From the NCBI GenBank assembly GCA_004022145.1, contig RCNU01000008.1: 64,000 nucleotides of DNA; one strand, 5' to 3'. Shown here piece after piece: positions 48,562-60,452 of the stretch. The notes beneath the pieces are model-generated. The model was not told the DNA's origin and did no database searches. It worked only from the letters and a program-made list of their open reading frames with translations. The position numbers and the translations under genes were made by a program. Position 1 is the first letter of the stretch; every line of letters starts with the position of its first letter. Source of the stretch: Paecilomyces variotii (lineage: Eukaryota).

Positions 48562-49495
48562 TTATAATTGGAACACGGCGAAAGCAGCAATGGAGAGACC
48601 CAAGAGGCCAGCGTTGCTGAACGCAGGCTTGGAGGCAGCGTTCACCTCGACAGGAGCACTGGATGAGCCTGCGGCGGCAGCAGCAGCGGCAGAAGAGGAA
48701 GAAGAACCACCGGTGGTAGGGGTTCCACTGCCAGACGTGCTGCCTGCAGAGCCAGTACTGCTACTAGTACTGCTACCAGTACTGCCAGTGCTGCCGCTAG
48801 TAGAGCCGGTGCTGCTACTGCTGCCACTGCTGCCACTGCTGCTGCTAGATCCATCGCTGGTGCTCTTCATGGCAAGAGCCTTGAAAGAGGAGAGAGTCTT
48901 GTTGCTTCCGCTGGCACTACAAAAGAGTCAATAACCCGCTCGCATTGGATGAAGAAGTGCGACTTACACATTGATAGCCATGACCATACCCTTCTGGCAG
49001 TGTCCCGTTTGAGAACAGTGGATCCACATAGGCTTGGTATCATTGACCATCATAGTGAAGACAGGAATTTGGGTCGCGTCCTCACTAACGGGCATGAATC
49101 CAGACATGATACCCATCATGCCGGGCATCGACTCGGACATGGGGACGCAAGGCTCGTCAAATGACGATTGGACAACGGAGTGGTTCTGACAACATTAGTT
49201 TTGATCGCAAGAATATCACTTTCATACCAGATAATGAGCATACCTTGGGATAGAATTGGAACTGGACCATTTCACCTGGGTTTACGTTCAACTGGTCCGG
49301 GGAAAAGGTCAAGGTGTTGTTCCAGCCGACCTTAACAGGGTGCACCTTGACCGTACCAGAGCCGGAGCTCATACTCGAAGCGGCCTTGCCGGAGGAACCC
49401 ATCAAGCTTCCAAGTTCTGAAGACATTCCTCCCATCTCTCCCCGGACAGCGGCGGCCATGGCGAAAGCCGACAAAAACAGATTCTGGAGCTGCAT
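48562..49495 (-). CDS. GPI-anchored extracellular Ser-rich cupredoxin-fold protein, 274 aa (exons 49495-49244, 49185-48968, 48916-48562)
   Basis: Signal peptide. VHPVKVG...LTFSPD...GEMVQFQFYPKNHSVVQSSFDEPC...HCSQTGHCQKGMVMAIN. S/G/T-rich stalk and hydrophobic C-terminal GPI signal. Confidence 0.9.
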
Positions 49496-51172
49496 CCTGG
49501 CAGTTATTCTTGTGTCTAGATATAATTCTGATTCCAATGAAAGAAGAAGTGAATTAGAGCGACTAGCGCTTAATCAAGAAAGTAAGATAATTGAAAAAAA
49601 AGAACGTAAAAAGAAACAGTGAAGTAGAGCCTTTGATTGTTTGAAGGGAATAGAAAAGGGAAGATGCATGGAAAAGAAGGCTCTTTTAAGTTGTAATGGA
49701 GCTAGATCCTCCCCTTCCCCCAGAAACAGGAGCTGATCCTGAAATAGAAGGATATGTCACACATATTCCAGATCTGTCGGTTCCCCGGATGGACAGGAAG
49801 CGCCAGGGGTCGAGTTGAGCTTTCCAGGCCGACTACATAGCATTAACCAACCTCAGCATGACGACCATTACCATTTCTGGATCTTCATGGGACACATGTG
49901 GTGTGCTCCTTGTCTGAAAATGGTTGTCGTCAAACATGGCGCATTGCAGATCTCCGCACATTTTCCTTATCGGGCTACGGGCTCCCAGTATCCGATTCCC
50001 AATGGTGCTTGAAGTCGAGACCATAACAAGGTCTGCCTTTATTGCAATTGGGCTTCATTGCGACTGTTAATTAGCAATGTGGGAGCGTAGTTGTGGCATA
50101 TACACTCCAGCGCCGCTGGAATAAACCCAAGTTAGTACAAGTTTCTCTCTTCGAGGCCATGGCGGAAAACACATAAGGCAATGCTTATCTTGTAAAAGAG
50201 ACTCACGCTTTGACACTCAGGACCCAAGGAGGCGCCTCTGGCGTCTGGTAAGTGTCGCATCTGTGATGGAGCGGCGACTTGAGACGCCGGCCCCTGGCCA
50301 GTTGATCCCAAACGGGTAAAGCGTTGACCATTTCTGCAGCTTTAACCACACAGTACCTAGGTATCTAAGTGCGACTTATGTGTGTAAGATTTAAACATTT
50401 GTGACACCAGTACCTAATTTGGAAATCAAAATTGTTTCAACATGTCTCTTTTTTGCAATGGCGGCGCAGTGTCACCATTAGCAATATACAACATTGCCCC
50501 ATAGCGCCCGCAGCGGAGCGCGACGCTTTTCACAGACGGTGTCCGTACCATCAAGCTCTGTTTCCTCTATGAACCAGTATGAAGGACAGTGTACATCACA
50601 CAGGTTATGTAGCTGAGTACTCGGAAAGATCGGATATTCAAGACTTCCCTGCTGCCTGTGAGATCTGGTCACCATTTAACCTCTAGCTGAGCTGCGAATG
50701 GGAAACTCGAAAGGGAACACTTCCCAATAAGATAAGTAAATCGGTAGCCGCATTGAACCAGGAGCAACTGAAGTTATGACGAATAATATACGGAGTACTC
50801 CGTAACCCCCTCTTGTTACATCTTTAGCACATCTATAGGCTGCCATAGAGAGCCCGCACAGAGCCCATCGTCCATGGTTGTCCATGAGATGCATTATCGG
50901 GTTGAGTAGATAAAAATAGATGTGCGAGATCGTAGTAAGCGATGCATCTCCAATATTAGGTCCTTGTTGACTTTCGCCAGATGACTGGACGAAGATATAG
51001 AATCGTATCGTGAGAATATAGTAAATAATCGCCGTTCACTAAACGATCCCAATGAAAGGTTTGATCGTAACTTCGTTCCATCTAGTGGTATCTTGAAACA
51101 CACATAATATTCCGAATTCGCCAAAACGCCGAGATCTTTTTTCCCCACCAAAGAGAAACGAGCTGACGATCA

Positions 51173-51902
51173 TCAAAAATCCAGAACCAATTGCGGTGCC
51201 ATCTTTTCCAGGTCTTCGACCTATATGATAATCGAAACAGGTCAAGGTCAGAGACACAAATGGAACGTGCGACACTGTTGGAGTCGCCCAAGCTGCGGAG
51301 CCACGGTAGACACATACCTCCAGAAATCCATCGCCAATCGATCTGCCACCCTCAGCACCTTGCCCCTCCGCTCTTTCATATGCCGCTCGGGCTACAGCTT
51401 CCCTTACAAAGATATCCACGTATTTTGAAACTGCAACATTGGCATCCTTCGCGATCTTAGTCTTCTCGTTTTGAAAGTGATGGTGCAACAGTCTGGTTAG
51501 CAGCTTCGGTGGAATGGCCGGTTCACTCGAGTCAACATCATCACCGTTTCCAGGACCAATAATCTCAGCGAGGATAAAATCCGGTTCTTGCGAGGGTGAC
51601 CGTGCCCGGTCGGGAGTTGTAGCGCTCCCAGATGCTGATTCGGAGGCTGATTGCGAACCTGATGCCGATTCTGGCGAGGCAGAGCGCACGGCGAGAGGGG
51701 AAGTGGCACGTTTCCGGGATGTTGCTGATTTTTTCGTACTCTTCGATGTTGACCCTGTCGAGGTACGAGCGCTCGAGCTCGTTTTTGCTGCTTTCGATTT
51801 CGGTGCTGCATTAGACGGACCTGCGCTGGCGGATGCTCGTGGACGAGGTGGGTTAAACGGCAGTCGCCTGCGCTTTTGAGGGGCTTGACGTTCCACAGGC
51901 AT
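51173..51902 (-). CDS. MHF2: CENP-X/Mhf2 histone-fold protein with a long disordered N-terminus, 210 aa (exons 51902-51318, 51220-51173)
   Basis: IPPKLLTRLLHHHF...TKIAKDA...KYVDIFVREAVARA...FLE|VEDLEKMAPQLVLDF*. Confidence 0.92.
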
Positions 51903-52344
51903 TATTGATTATGCTTGAACCTCGCAGATGTAGAGTAGAGTATGGACCAAGACCTTCGGTTTAAGAATTGGTCAAGCCACGATGGCAAGAGATGTAGATA
52001 GTAGAAGTTGGAGTAATCGGTCGTCCGACGCGACGGTTCTGCGGGGACGCGATCCGCAAGGACACGGCATCAGGTGACTACTGTAAGTACTGGCTATCAC
52101 AACTTTCCACATGTGGAGAGAAATTTAACAATTACTACCTCTTGTAATGAATACTCCTGATTACATATTAACGGACTTTTCAGGCCCATGCACAGTTCTT
52201 CCTAGACTTAACACTAGACTCCCGCGTGATACGTGACCTATCTGTTGAAGATATCTTGTCACTACCTGGTACCTGGTTGAACAGTGACCTGGAAGCTGGA
52301 GACAGCCTTTTGTGGAGATGAGCCCACATATTTCACTGATGTGG

Positions 52345-53118
52345 CTAACCATCTCGTGGTCTAACGACCGTAACGTCCAAATCAGCATCCATCAGGATCT
52401 GTTTAGACAGCCTCCAATCAACACCGAATAGCCCAGAATTGAACCTGCAAGACCAAAGCTCGCCAGGAATCATTGCTACATCGGTGCTATCAATTCCTCT
52501 CGCTTCTCCGGAGTCCTGCAATGCTACCAACTGCCTTTTCATATCCTCAATTGCCGCCCTGGTATTTGCCAGAATAACGTCTGGAGAGCTCAAATGGCGC
52601 CCTGGCCTCTGCGACGTAAACAAGCAGACGATCCAATGCTTTTTCTTACTACCGGTCTGTATTGAGTCTGCATTCCGGCCGCGTTTCCTCCCTTTGGACA
52701 GTTGCGGGAGATAGTCTTTCTCCTGGGGCGGAATGATAAGTGCAGTGCCTTCCGGAAGCTGTACTGTTCTGTCGGATTGTGTTGCATATTCACGCTTAGA
52801 GAGAAGGCTTTTGCAATGTGCACGGTATATTTCGAACGCGCCTGGGAACTGATTGTTGTAAGCTCTCTTGTCTATGTGGAATAAGCTGGGTTCGAACCTT
52901 CTCCTTGAAACCGCGAGCGATTCCCTTTCCCCAATTACCCATGCAATTGCAGGAGTCTACTCGGCAATATAGATAATGTCAGCTTAGAAATCCACAATAG
53001 GCCCAAGTCATTTCAGTGGATAACAGGTATTATGTATGTTAGCAACAGGAGTTCACCTACGGATCAGAACTGCCCCATCTGGAGCGTCGAATAAGTCACC
53101 TTCGATCTCTGTAAGCAT
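52345..53118 (-). CDS. POA1: Poa1-like macrodomain ADP-ribose-1''-phosphate phosphatase, 206 aa (exons 53118-53061, 52956-52898, 52848-52345)
   Basis: Spliced translation [44 protein letters not shown]...GTALIIPP...HWIVCLFTS...CRFNSGLFGVDW. Mostly missed by the ORF track. Confidence 0.9.
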
Positions 53119-53691
53119 GATAGTCGCAAAGCCGTTGGTTTAATCTTTGTCAAGAGATGGGCACAATACTGGAAGCTTGGCTCCAAGATTGTTTTAAGGG
53201 TGTTGCGTGAGTGAGATCACGTATTAGTAGTGGGGTTGTGAGAAAAAGGTGTGTACGTGACTGAAGTCGGCCTGTCTCACAAAGAGGAAGAGGATGTCTG
53301 AGCAGCCCCTCAACTCAATGCGGGTCGTATTCACTCTGAAGCAGGCAGCAGCTACAAAAGTCTATTAAGCTCTAGCAATCTGATAGTGAATATAATTATG
53401 CTCAATTTGGCCTTATCTAGGCACTATGAATTTATAAAGTTTCCACAGCTTTCGTACAAGGAACTATTAACTAAATGGGCTATTCTTAGTCAAATACAAC
53501 AATGCATAGCAAAGATTTAGGACCCTTTCACTCCGTGTCAAGTAAATTTGAAATGACTCTGTAAAGCGGTTTACAGGAAGTGCTTTGAACTCGTGTCTCG
53601 TGAAGTCTACAGACTCTTGAATTAGAACATAGCAGTATGAGCTATCTCCTCCGACTCATATCACATTGGCAAAGGAAGGACAAGGACGAGG

Positions 53692-54800
53692 CTATGGGGC
53701 ATCTCCCATGGAACCAAGCTCAGAAAGCCGGCGGGAAACAAATCTTTGCACGCTTTTCGACTTCTTAACAGACGGTTGTTTGGTTCTACCTTCACTTCCA
53801 GTATTTCCTGGATTCCTTTTGGCAGTAACTCCAGCCGACATAGGGGGCTCATGCCTTTTCTCTATGAGTGGAACTGAGGAGACAGCCGTAGTAGTCAGAG
53901 ACAACTGGCCACTGTTTGTGCTGCTTGACTTCAGCTTCCTGCTCATAGAGCGTGAAATGCTTTTAAGAATCCCAGGATTTCCATCTCTGGCACTCTGCTC
54001 AAGTTGCTCTATTTGACCCATGACGGTTGCATCATTTGTTGCGAAATTTTCTTCTTGAATCGAATTGAACCTTATTACTCCACGATTTGGCGGTATCCAA
54101 AGAAGGTCTTTCAGTCCTTGCTGAATCAATATTGTGTTCCGCAGGTTTGTAATGGGAGCGATAAGAGAAGGAAGTGCAGAAACTGTCAAGAGATAGGCTG
54201 GGGCAGGAGAACTGCCGAAGCGAAGACAAGCATTCTGCTCGACCGTAACTAGAATTGAGTTTTCTGGACGGTGATACACTTGCATGAAGAGAGATGATAT
54301 GTCAGACAGAAGCTGAAACTCGTCTGCTCTCACCTAGACTCAACTGTTAGTACTAGAATGCTAGACAGTTTCATGTCCCGGTGCAAGAAATGGAAGCATA
54401 CTCTGGTATTGGTTTTGATCTCAATGACGACAATAGAGTCCTGATTTACCCTGTATCTTGGGGCATTGTGAGGTTCTCGAGTGCTGAACGAGTCTTCGAA
54501 ATATTGGTTCCGCTTCCTGGCGGCTTCATCTTCATTGGGATTTCTCTCTGATGCTGCTTGCACGCCGCTGGAATCCGTCGGTGCACCACGCGTGAGTTTG
54601 CGCATTAGATTGTCTTCCTCAACTGAAGCGGAAGACATAATGGGGGATTTCTTATCGTTTCGATGTTCCTCGGCACACAAGGTCTGACTGTCTGTTGATG
54701 GAGACCGCAATACAGGCGCCTCTGCTTTGTTTCGGGTCAATGATGTCGAGTTGCTGTATCTCTCCTTAAGAGAACGGATATCCATTGAGCGAACGTGCAT
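53692..54800 (-). CDS. Fungal MIF/tautomerase-like domain protein, about 346 aa (exons 54800-54402, 54333-53692; start uncertain)
   Basis: VVIEIKTNTRV...YHRPENSILVTV...FGSSPAPAYLLTVSAL...TNLRN...IPPNRGVIRF...ENFATN, flanked by disordered segments. Confidence 0.78.
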
Positions 54801-55582
54801 CGGCTCATCAAAATGTTCCCTAGACGGACGGAAGTCCCAGAAATGTACAACTGAATCCGGAAATGACAAATTCTCGACTACTGAAGTGGGGTATTGCAAT
54901 GCTCCTTCCCTGTGAAAAGGGCGAGTGCAATGTTGGAAAGGAGTATGGCACTAGGATTCGAAAACAAACAGCAGTGAGATAGGCTTCATGAAAGGAAGCC
55001 TTGACAAGATAAGTGAGCAAGAACAACAATAGGCCGAAAGGATGAATCCTCTTGCGCATTTAGAGTAAAGGCACCAAAGCCCTCGAGGCTGCGCAACAAA
55101 TTAAGAAGTGAGCCTGAAAATAAAGTACGCATATGAGCCTATAATTTTTCGGACACACCGCATGCTTTGTGTATCATTCCAGACAAATCCCGTGACTATG
55201 GCATCTAGTTGTACAGTACAAAGAATCTAGGCAATATCTAGGGGATTTCCCGACAACACTATTTTGAGTAGAAAATGGAAAAAATCAATATACATTTGAT
55301 CTGACTTCTGGATTATTCCATATTTTTCTTACAAGCTGTGGTTAGGACGCTATTTTCTAGAACAGCCGGTTCACATCATCTAACAGGCACTATTCCGCCG
55401 TGTCTAGTAGTGACAAATCCTAGTATGTACACAATGATAACATTCGGCTACTACTCCTAACTGAAATGATTGGGTATCACAATGTTCCTGGTGCTTTGTA
55501 ATAGAAAGTTCAAGTGCTAATCATGCAACATCTGCAAAGGCATAATTGCATCCGATCTTGAGACCACTTACTGGCTTTCGCT

Positions 55583-57599
55583 CTAATTTGCTGTCCCAAA
55601 GATTTTGTCGATCTTTTTCCTTCTGTCCCAAACGATATCATTTGTGCTCTTGCGTTTGAAATATAATATCCTGTGTTGAGGAATAAACTCTTCGTCGGTA
55701 GGGTCGCCTTTCCAGGAGTCAAGTGGTATCTCGAGTGCTCCAGAGAATCGATCTTCATATCCAACGATATAGTCCTTACGGTCAAACTCATGGTCCCAAG
55801 TGAGTCGGTTAAGGACATCTGCGCGAGATGGTCAGAGATATAGCTATGTTTCAACGGGAAGATTCATACCTGCTGCGGGACGAAGCTTCCTGGGAGCGTC
55901 GTTTTTCACTTCCTTCACAACTTCATGGCCCGTTTCTGTCTTTATATTCTCCAAAGGACCAGAGTTTCCGATACTGTCAGGTATGAAGTATTTTTCTAAT
56001 TCTCCAGGGACCCCCTCTCCATCAGAAAACACTTCCGCGATTTCCTCTCTTCCGACAACGGAGATGCTGACCCATCCTGTTGTAGGATCGAATATGCCAT
56101 CTCGACACAAGGATTCGACTAGCGTATCACATTCACTCCTTATGCTGTTCTTGGAAGGGTTTAGGTCTTCAGGAGCGCCGTTGTATTCGATGCCCATGAG
56201 GTAGAAGAACTCCTCCGCCTCTGCACTTTTCGGGCGATCACGTAGACGGTAAGGCCATGCAAATGCCAGGCTTCCAGAACGTGCCAATGAGTACCTGAAG
56301 TTTGATTCGGTGAGTTTTCTGAACAAAGAGGCAAAATGAGTTCCCATCAAGTTCAGAAAATGAACCCTGCTGGCCACATTAGAACCCCAGTATCGCATTT
56401 CGAAGCGAACAAAGACACTGAACCGCTGGACGAATTGTGCTCCGGTGAAAGAAAACGTGTCTTTCTGTTCATGCAGTCCGTGTAGTCCTAGAAGGCCTTG
56501 CCAGTCTACCTCTGAATCTCCGGTCAGATTTGCAGCGCGAGTGAACTCTCTCAGAATCAGTTCGAGAGAGTTCTTTGAAATTAGTGACGCAGCATTCCTC
56601 CAGGGTGGAAAGAGATTGCATATGAAAACAGGAGTACGATGACGGCCGTGAGGATTGATGTCCTTGGTGCCATGTTCCGGGTCGACGATGATCTCTTTGT
56701 CCCAATCTAGTTGACTGTAGTGGGCAAAGAACGTGTTGAGTATTGAGGATAACGGCTCTTCTTCGCAATGGCGCGTCTTCCAAAGATGGTTCAGGAGAAG
56801 CAAAATCTGTTCGCGGCTGAGGTAACCGAGTTGCTCAGAGTATATGCCACGATAACGTGCCCACAAGTGGAGTAGATGATATACAATCTTGAATTTCTCC
56901 AGGTTTGGGACCGAGTCGTGGATGTACCGTATGTCCTTGCAGGCATTTAAAGCCCTCATTGTGTCACTCGATAACGTCGGTTCATCAGCAGTATTGTATA
57001 AAAGCTCATTCCATCTTGGAAACACGGGGAGTTAGATTATTCTACCGATCTGGACCAGACAAGGTAACTCACCTGCTCATTCCATATGGGGCCAGAAAAC
57101 AAAAATGAAGCCCTATGCGAAAGCCTCGCCAGCTGACATGGAACATTTCATTTATTTCGTTCTCTGGGTCGGCAGATTTCTTTAGAATGATGATCTTCTC
57201 GTCTCCTTCGACTGACTCAAGTCTATGCTCTGCTAGGCTGAAGAATGACGACTTGCTTATGGAGCCAAAGCACACGCAAGACATCGGGTCGGTGGGTTTC
57301 CATGTCCCAAACCCATGAGATCCGACTCTCACCAGTAGTAGATGTCTCTCCTCTGAGAAAGACTGATAGCCATATAGCGTTCCATTGTTTCCAAATGTTC
57401 GCACCTTGCAGGAAGGACCGAGAATAAGCTGGCTAAAGGCGCCAAATAGCTTCTCTTGATTCTCAAACTGCTCCTGAGATGGCAATTCCTCGTGACTAAG
57501 CAAAAGCGCCTTAACTGTGCTTATCTGATCGAGTTCAGCGTTTGCGCTGTTGTTTGGATCCACGTCGTGTGCTGTATCTCCAGCTTCATTGAGCGCCAT
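55583..57599 (-). CDS. Poly(A)-polymerase-like (degenerate NTase + PAP central) protein with a C-terminal MJ1316 RNA-end-recognition domain, 635 aa (exons 57599-57073, 57014-55870, 55818-55583)
   Basis: VRVGSHGFG, FKIVYHLLHLWARYRGIYSEQLGYL, FFAHYSQLDW. C-terminal KLRPAADVLNRLTWD...YIVGYEDRFSG...EEFIPQHRILYFKRK...VWDRRKKIDKIF. Confidence 0.85.
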
Positions 57600-58810
57600 G
57601 ACTAAAGATAGGCAGACTCCTGATGTCGATGAGTGTATGGTGCGAGGCAAAAAGGATGAACTAAAACGAGAAAGACCGAGAAGAAAGTGAAGAGGGATAG
57701 AATATATGAAAAAGGATTTATTCAGGTATTTGTATTATTTAGATGATCACCTTGAAAGTTCAAGCTCTCCGCCTTCATTTTTATTTGGGGAGGGCACCGT
57801 GGGCTAAGTACCTAGCACAGCCCGTGGCTACGATGGATCCCCGCATGAGAATGCTACTAACTACTCTTAGCTCGATATGTTTCAGATAGATGAAAGTCAT
57901 ATAGTGTAGATGACTCGACGTGCATGGAATTCTATGGTCGAAAAAACCTTTGCTGTATTACCTTCTCAGCTCGGATAAGTTCATGTTGCAGCCTACCTAG
58001 GTAGACGATCGACGATCTAGTTAAGACTTAGCGGCCCTTGTTGACTCACTTGTTAGTATACAGCCACTGCGGGCCACTTTCACCTGGTGGCCAATGCAGA
58101 TTGGCTTTTTCCTGAGTAACTAACTAACTATTTGTGAGTTGGTAATTATGACTAACTGTGACTCTGGCGGTAACTAACTACAAAGTTTTAATGTGAGTAG
58201 GTTGTTTCTCAGTGGGTCCCACACACTACTGTTGCTTCAATCCATAACGACTGTTCAAAGAATGTTAATATAAGGATATGATGAAACAGCCTGATGAAAC
58301 AGCCTGAAAGCGACTTATTTTTCCGTTGGAGACCTGAGACACCAATCTTCTTGGACGTATGTGTAATGGCTAAACGATAGGTGATTTGTATAGTATGGAG
58401 AATGTAACCCCCATGATCTAGAATACTGAAATTCTATCTATCATCTATAAAATCTATATGAACCATGCATAGTATTAATTTTGAACGCCATGATCTCATT
58501 GCAGGGTATATGAACGCCGTTGTCGCCGATATGGAGGACAGATATGCAGCTGGAATCGATCGATTGCCAATAATTGTAGCACCTCGCTGAATCAGAAAGC
58601 GTGCAAGCAGAACTTTTCCAGTTCGAAAGAGTCGACATGAAGCGAGTATATGCAAAATAGTCAGATAATGACCACCAATGGCCAGATGATCGGGATAACC
58701 TCGAGGCCGAATCGTCGAACGAATCAACTCAATTAAACAACGACCCCGGCATCTGGAAGAATCGAAAATAGCCTATTGCAACTATGGTTCACTACTAAGC
58801 ACTTGCCGCA

Positions 58811-60452
58811 CTAGGCAGGTTCCGTATTCACGGTGTTAGAGCCAGTGGCTTCCTTCGAATCGGGAATTGTCGCCTTCTCTGCAGTTTGACCATTGGTCTG
58901 ATTGGCCTTTTCAATGTCCTTTTTCTTCAGTTGCATAGCTCCGTTTTCTATGGCCTCTTCAGGGAGCGGCCGGATGTGTGGTTGGCAGACCCACCAGGGT
59001 CTTCCATACTTTGCAATAGTAGCCTTGGAACCAGTCAAGCCTTCTGCGGTGGTTTGTTCGAATCGTTCCGGGAATTGTTCATATTCTTGGAGACCACTCT
59101 TCACAGCTTCCTCCACAAGAGAAAGGACATTCTCAAATGCTGCAATGTCACCGGCGCGAGATCGGGCCAGAGCATCTCTGACATGTGTGTGTTTCGAGAC
59201 TAGTGGCCGCAAAAGCTGGAACAGATGTCCTTGCATTCCAACTAGACTTGGTGAGGGGGCTCTCTTATTTTTCTGTTTCTTTTGTTTCTTCTTTGGTGGC
59301 CCTTCTTCATCTTTTCCGTCCGCCTTTTCCGTTGCTGGCTCATCATGCTGCTCTGTAGGATCACCTGGAATATAAAGAGGCTTCCGCTCGGGGACAGGTG
59401 CACCTAGGACGTATTGATGAATAATGTCCATATATCTGCGTAAAATGGCGTCCACTCGGTAGCCCCCTCTACCATCTCTGCCTCTCCAGTATTCTCTACC
59501 TTCGCTACCAACTGGTGGAGGAGTGCTGAAGATAGTCGGATCCGAGAGATTGCCTTCAGCGCTCATAACACCATCTGCGCCCGTGGCCTCCAGACAACTG
59601 CTTAGATCGTCATGATTGAGGACATTCCCGTTGGCAAAAATAACCGTCTCAGGTGGGAGGTTATCCCTCAGGTACCGGATATAACTCCAATCTGCCAAAC
59701 CAGTATTGTGGCCCTTTTGCTCTCTGCGTCGTCCATGAACCGTGATTATGCTCGCACCAGCGGAAAGGATCATTTTTGCATACTCCAATGTCTTTTCCTT
59801 TGTCTCCTGAATACGGAATTTAGCGGTGACTGGAACTGGCAATTCCGTATGCAGCCTGTTAATCAACTTGTAAATGAGATCCCAGTCTTCTTGTAGAAAG
59901 GCTCCATAGTGGCCCTTCTTTGCAATGCCTTGCGGACACCCGAGATTCAGGTCAACCGCATCGCAGTATGGAGCAACATGGCGTGCAGCTTCAAGAAGGT
60001 CATCTGGGTCATTTGCGCAGAACTGAACAATAAGAGGGCGATCTATGGCCGGATTTCCGTCAAGATATGGGGAATCGTCGTCGCCTCCAAGAACAGAGCG
60101 GGTGGGCTGGAAATATTGCGCACGGAAACCAGGTGTCTCTCGAAAAAGGCGCGCATGAAACATGGGTGAATAGGCAAGTATACTCTTGGCCTCTTCCGGT
60201 TTCATAAAAGATCGAGTGAGCATGCGCCACGCCTACACATGTCAGAAATGTATACACGCGATTCTTTTTGACTTGCCAACTCACAAATTCAGATCTATCG
60301 ACCATAGGAGCCACAATATATTTGGGACTTCCCAGGCTCTGGTAGAATTCTCTCCCCAAAAGTTTCTTGGGAGGCGTACTAGTAGGGTTCACTCCATTGT
60401 TTGTCAAGGCGACGCCATCTTGCGGCACCGGAGACTTTTCGGGCACAGCCAT
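58811..60452 (-). CDS. DUS1: tRNA-dihydrouridine(16/17) synthase, 529 aa (exons 60452-60285, 60232-58811)
   Basis: VAPMVDRSEFAWR, DRPLIVQFCAN, DLNLGCPQGIAKKGHYGAFL, TVHGR, ANGN, GVMSAEGNL. Confidence 0.95.

Noticed and set aside
51039-51317. Unspliced extension of CENP-X to 287 aa
   Set aside because: Splicing at 51317/51221 restores the conserved VEDLEK...QLVLDF end, and the read-through sequence shows no similarity to it.
52957-53060. Possible stwintron in POA1 intron 1 (two branch-like motifs)
   Set aside because: There is no AG after the first branch site that would regenerate a split donor. A single intron explains the frame.
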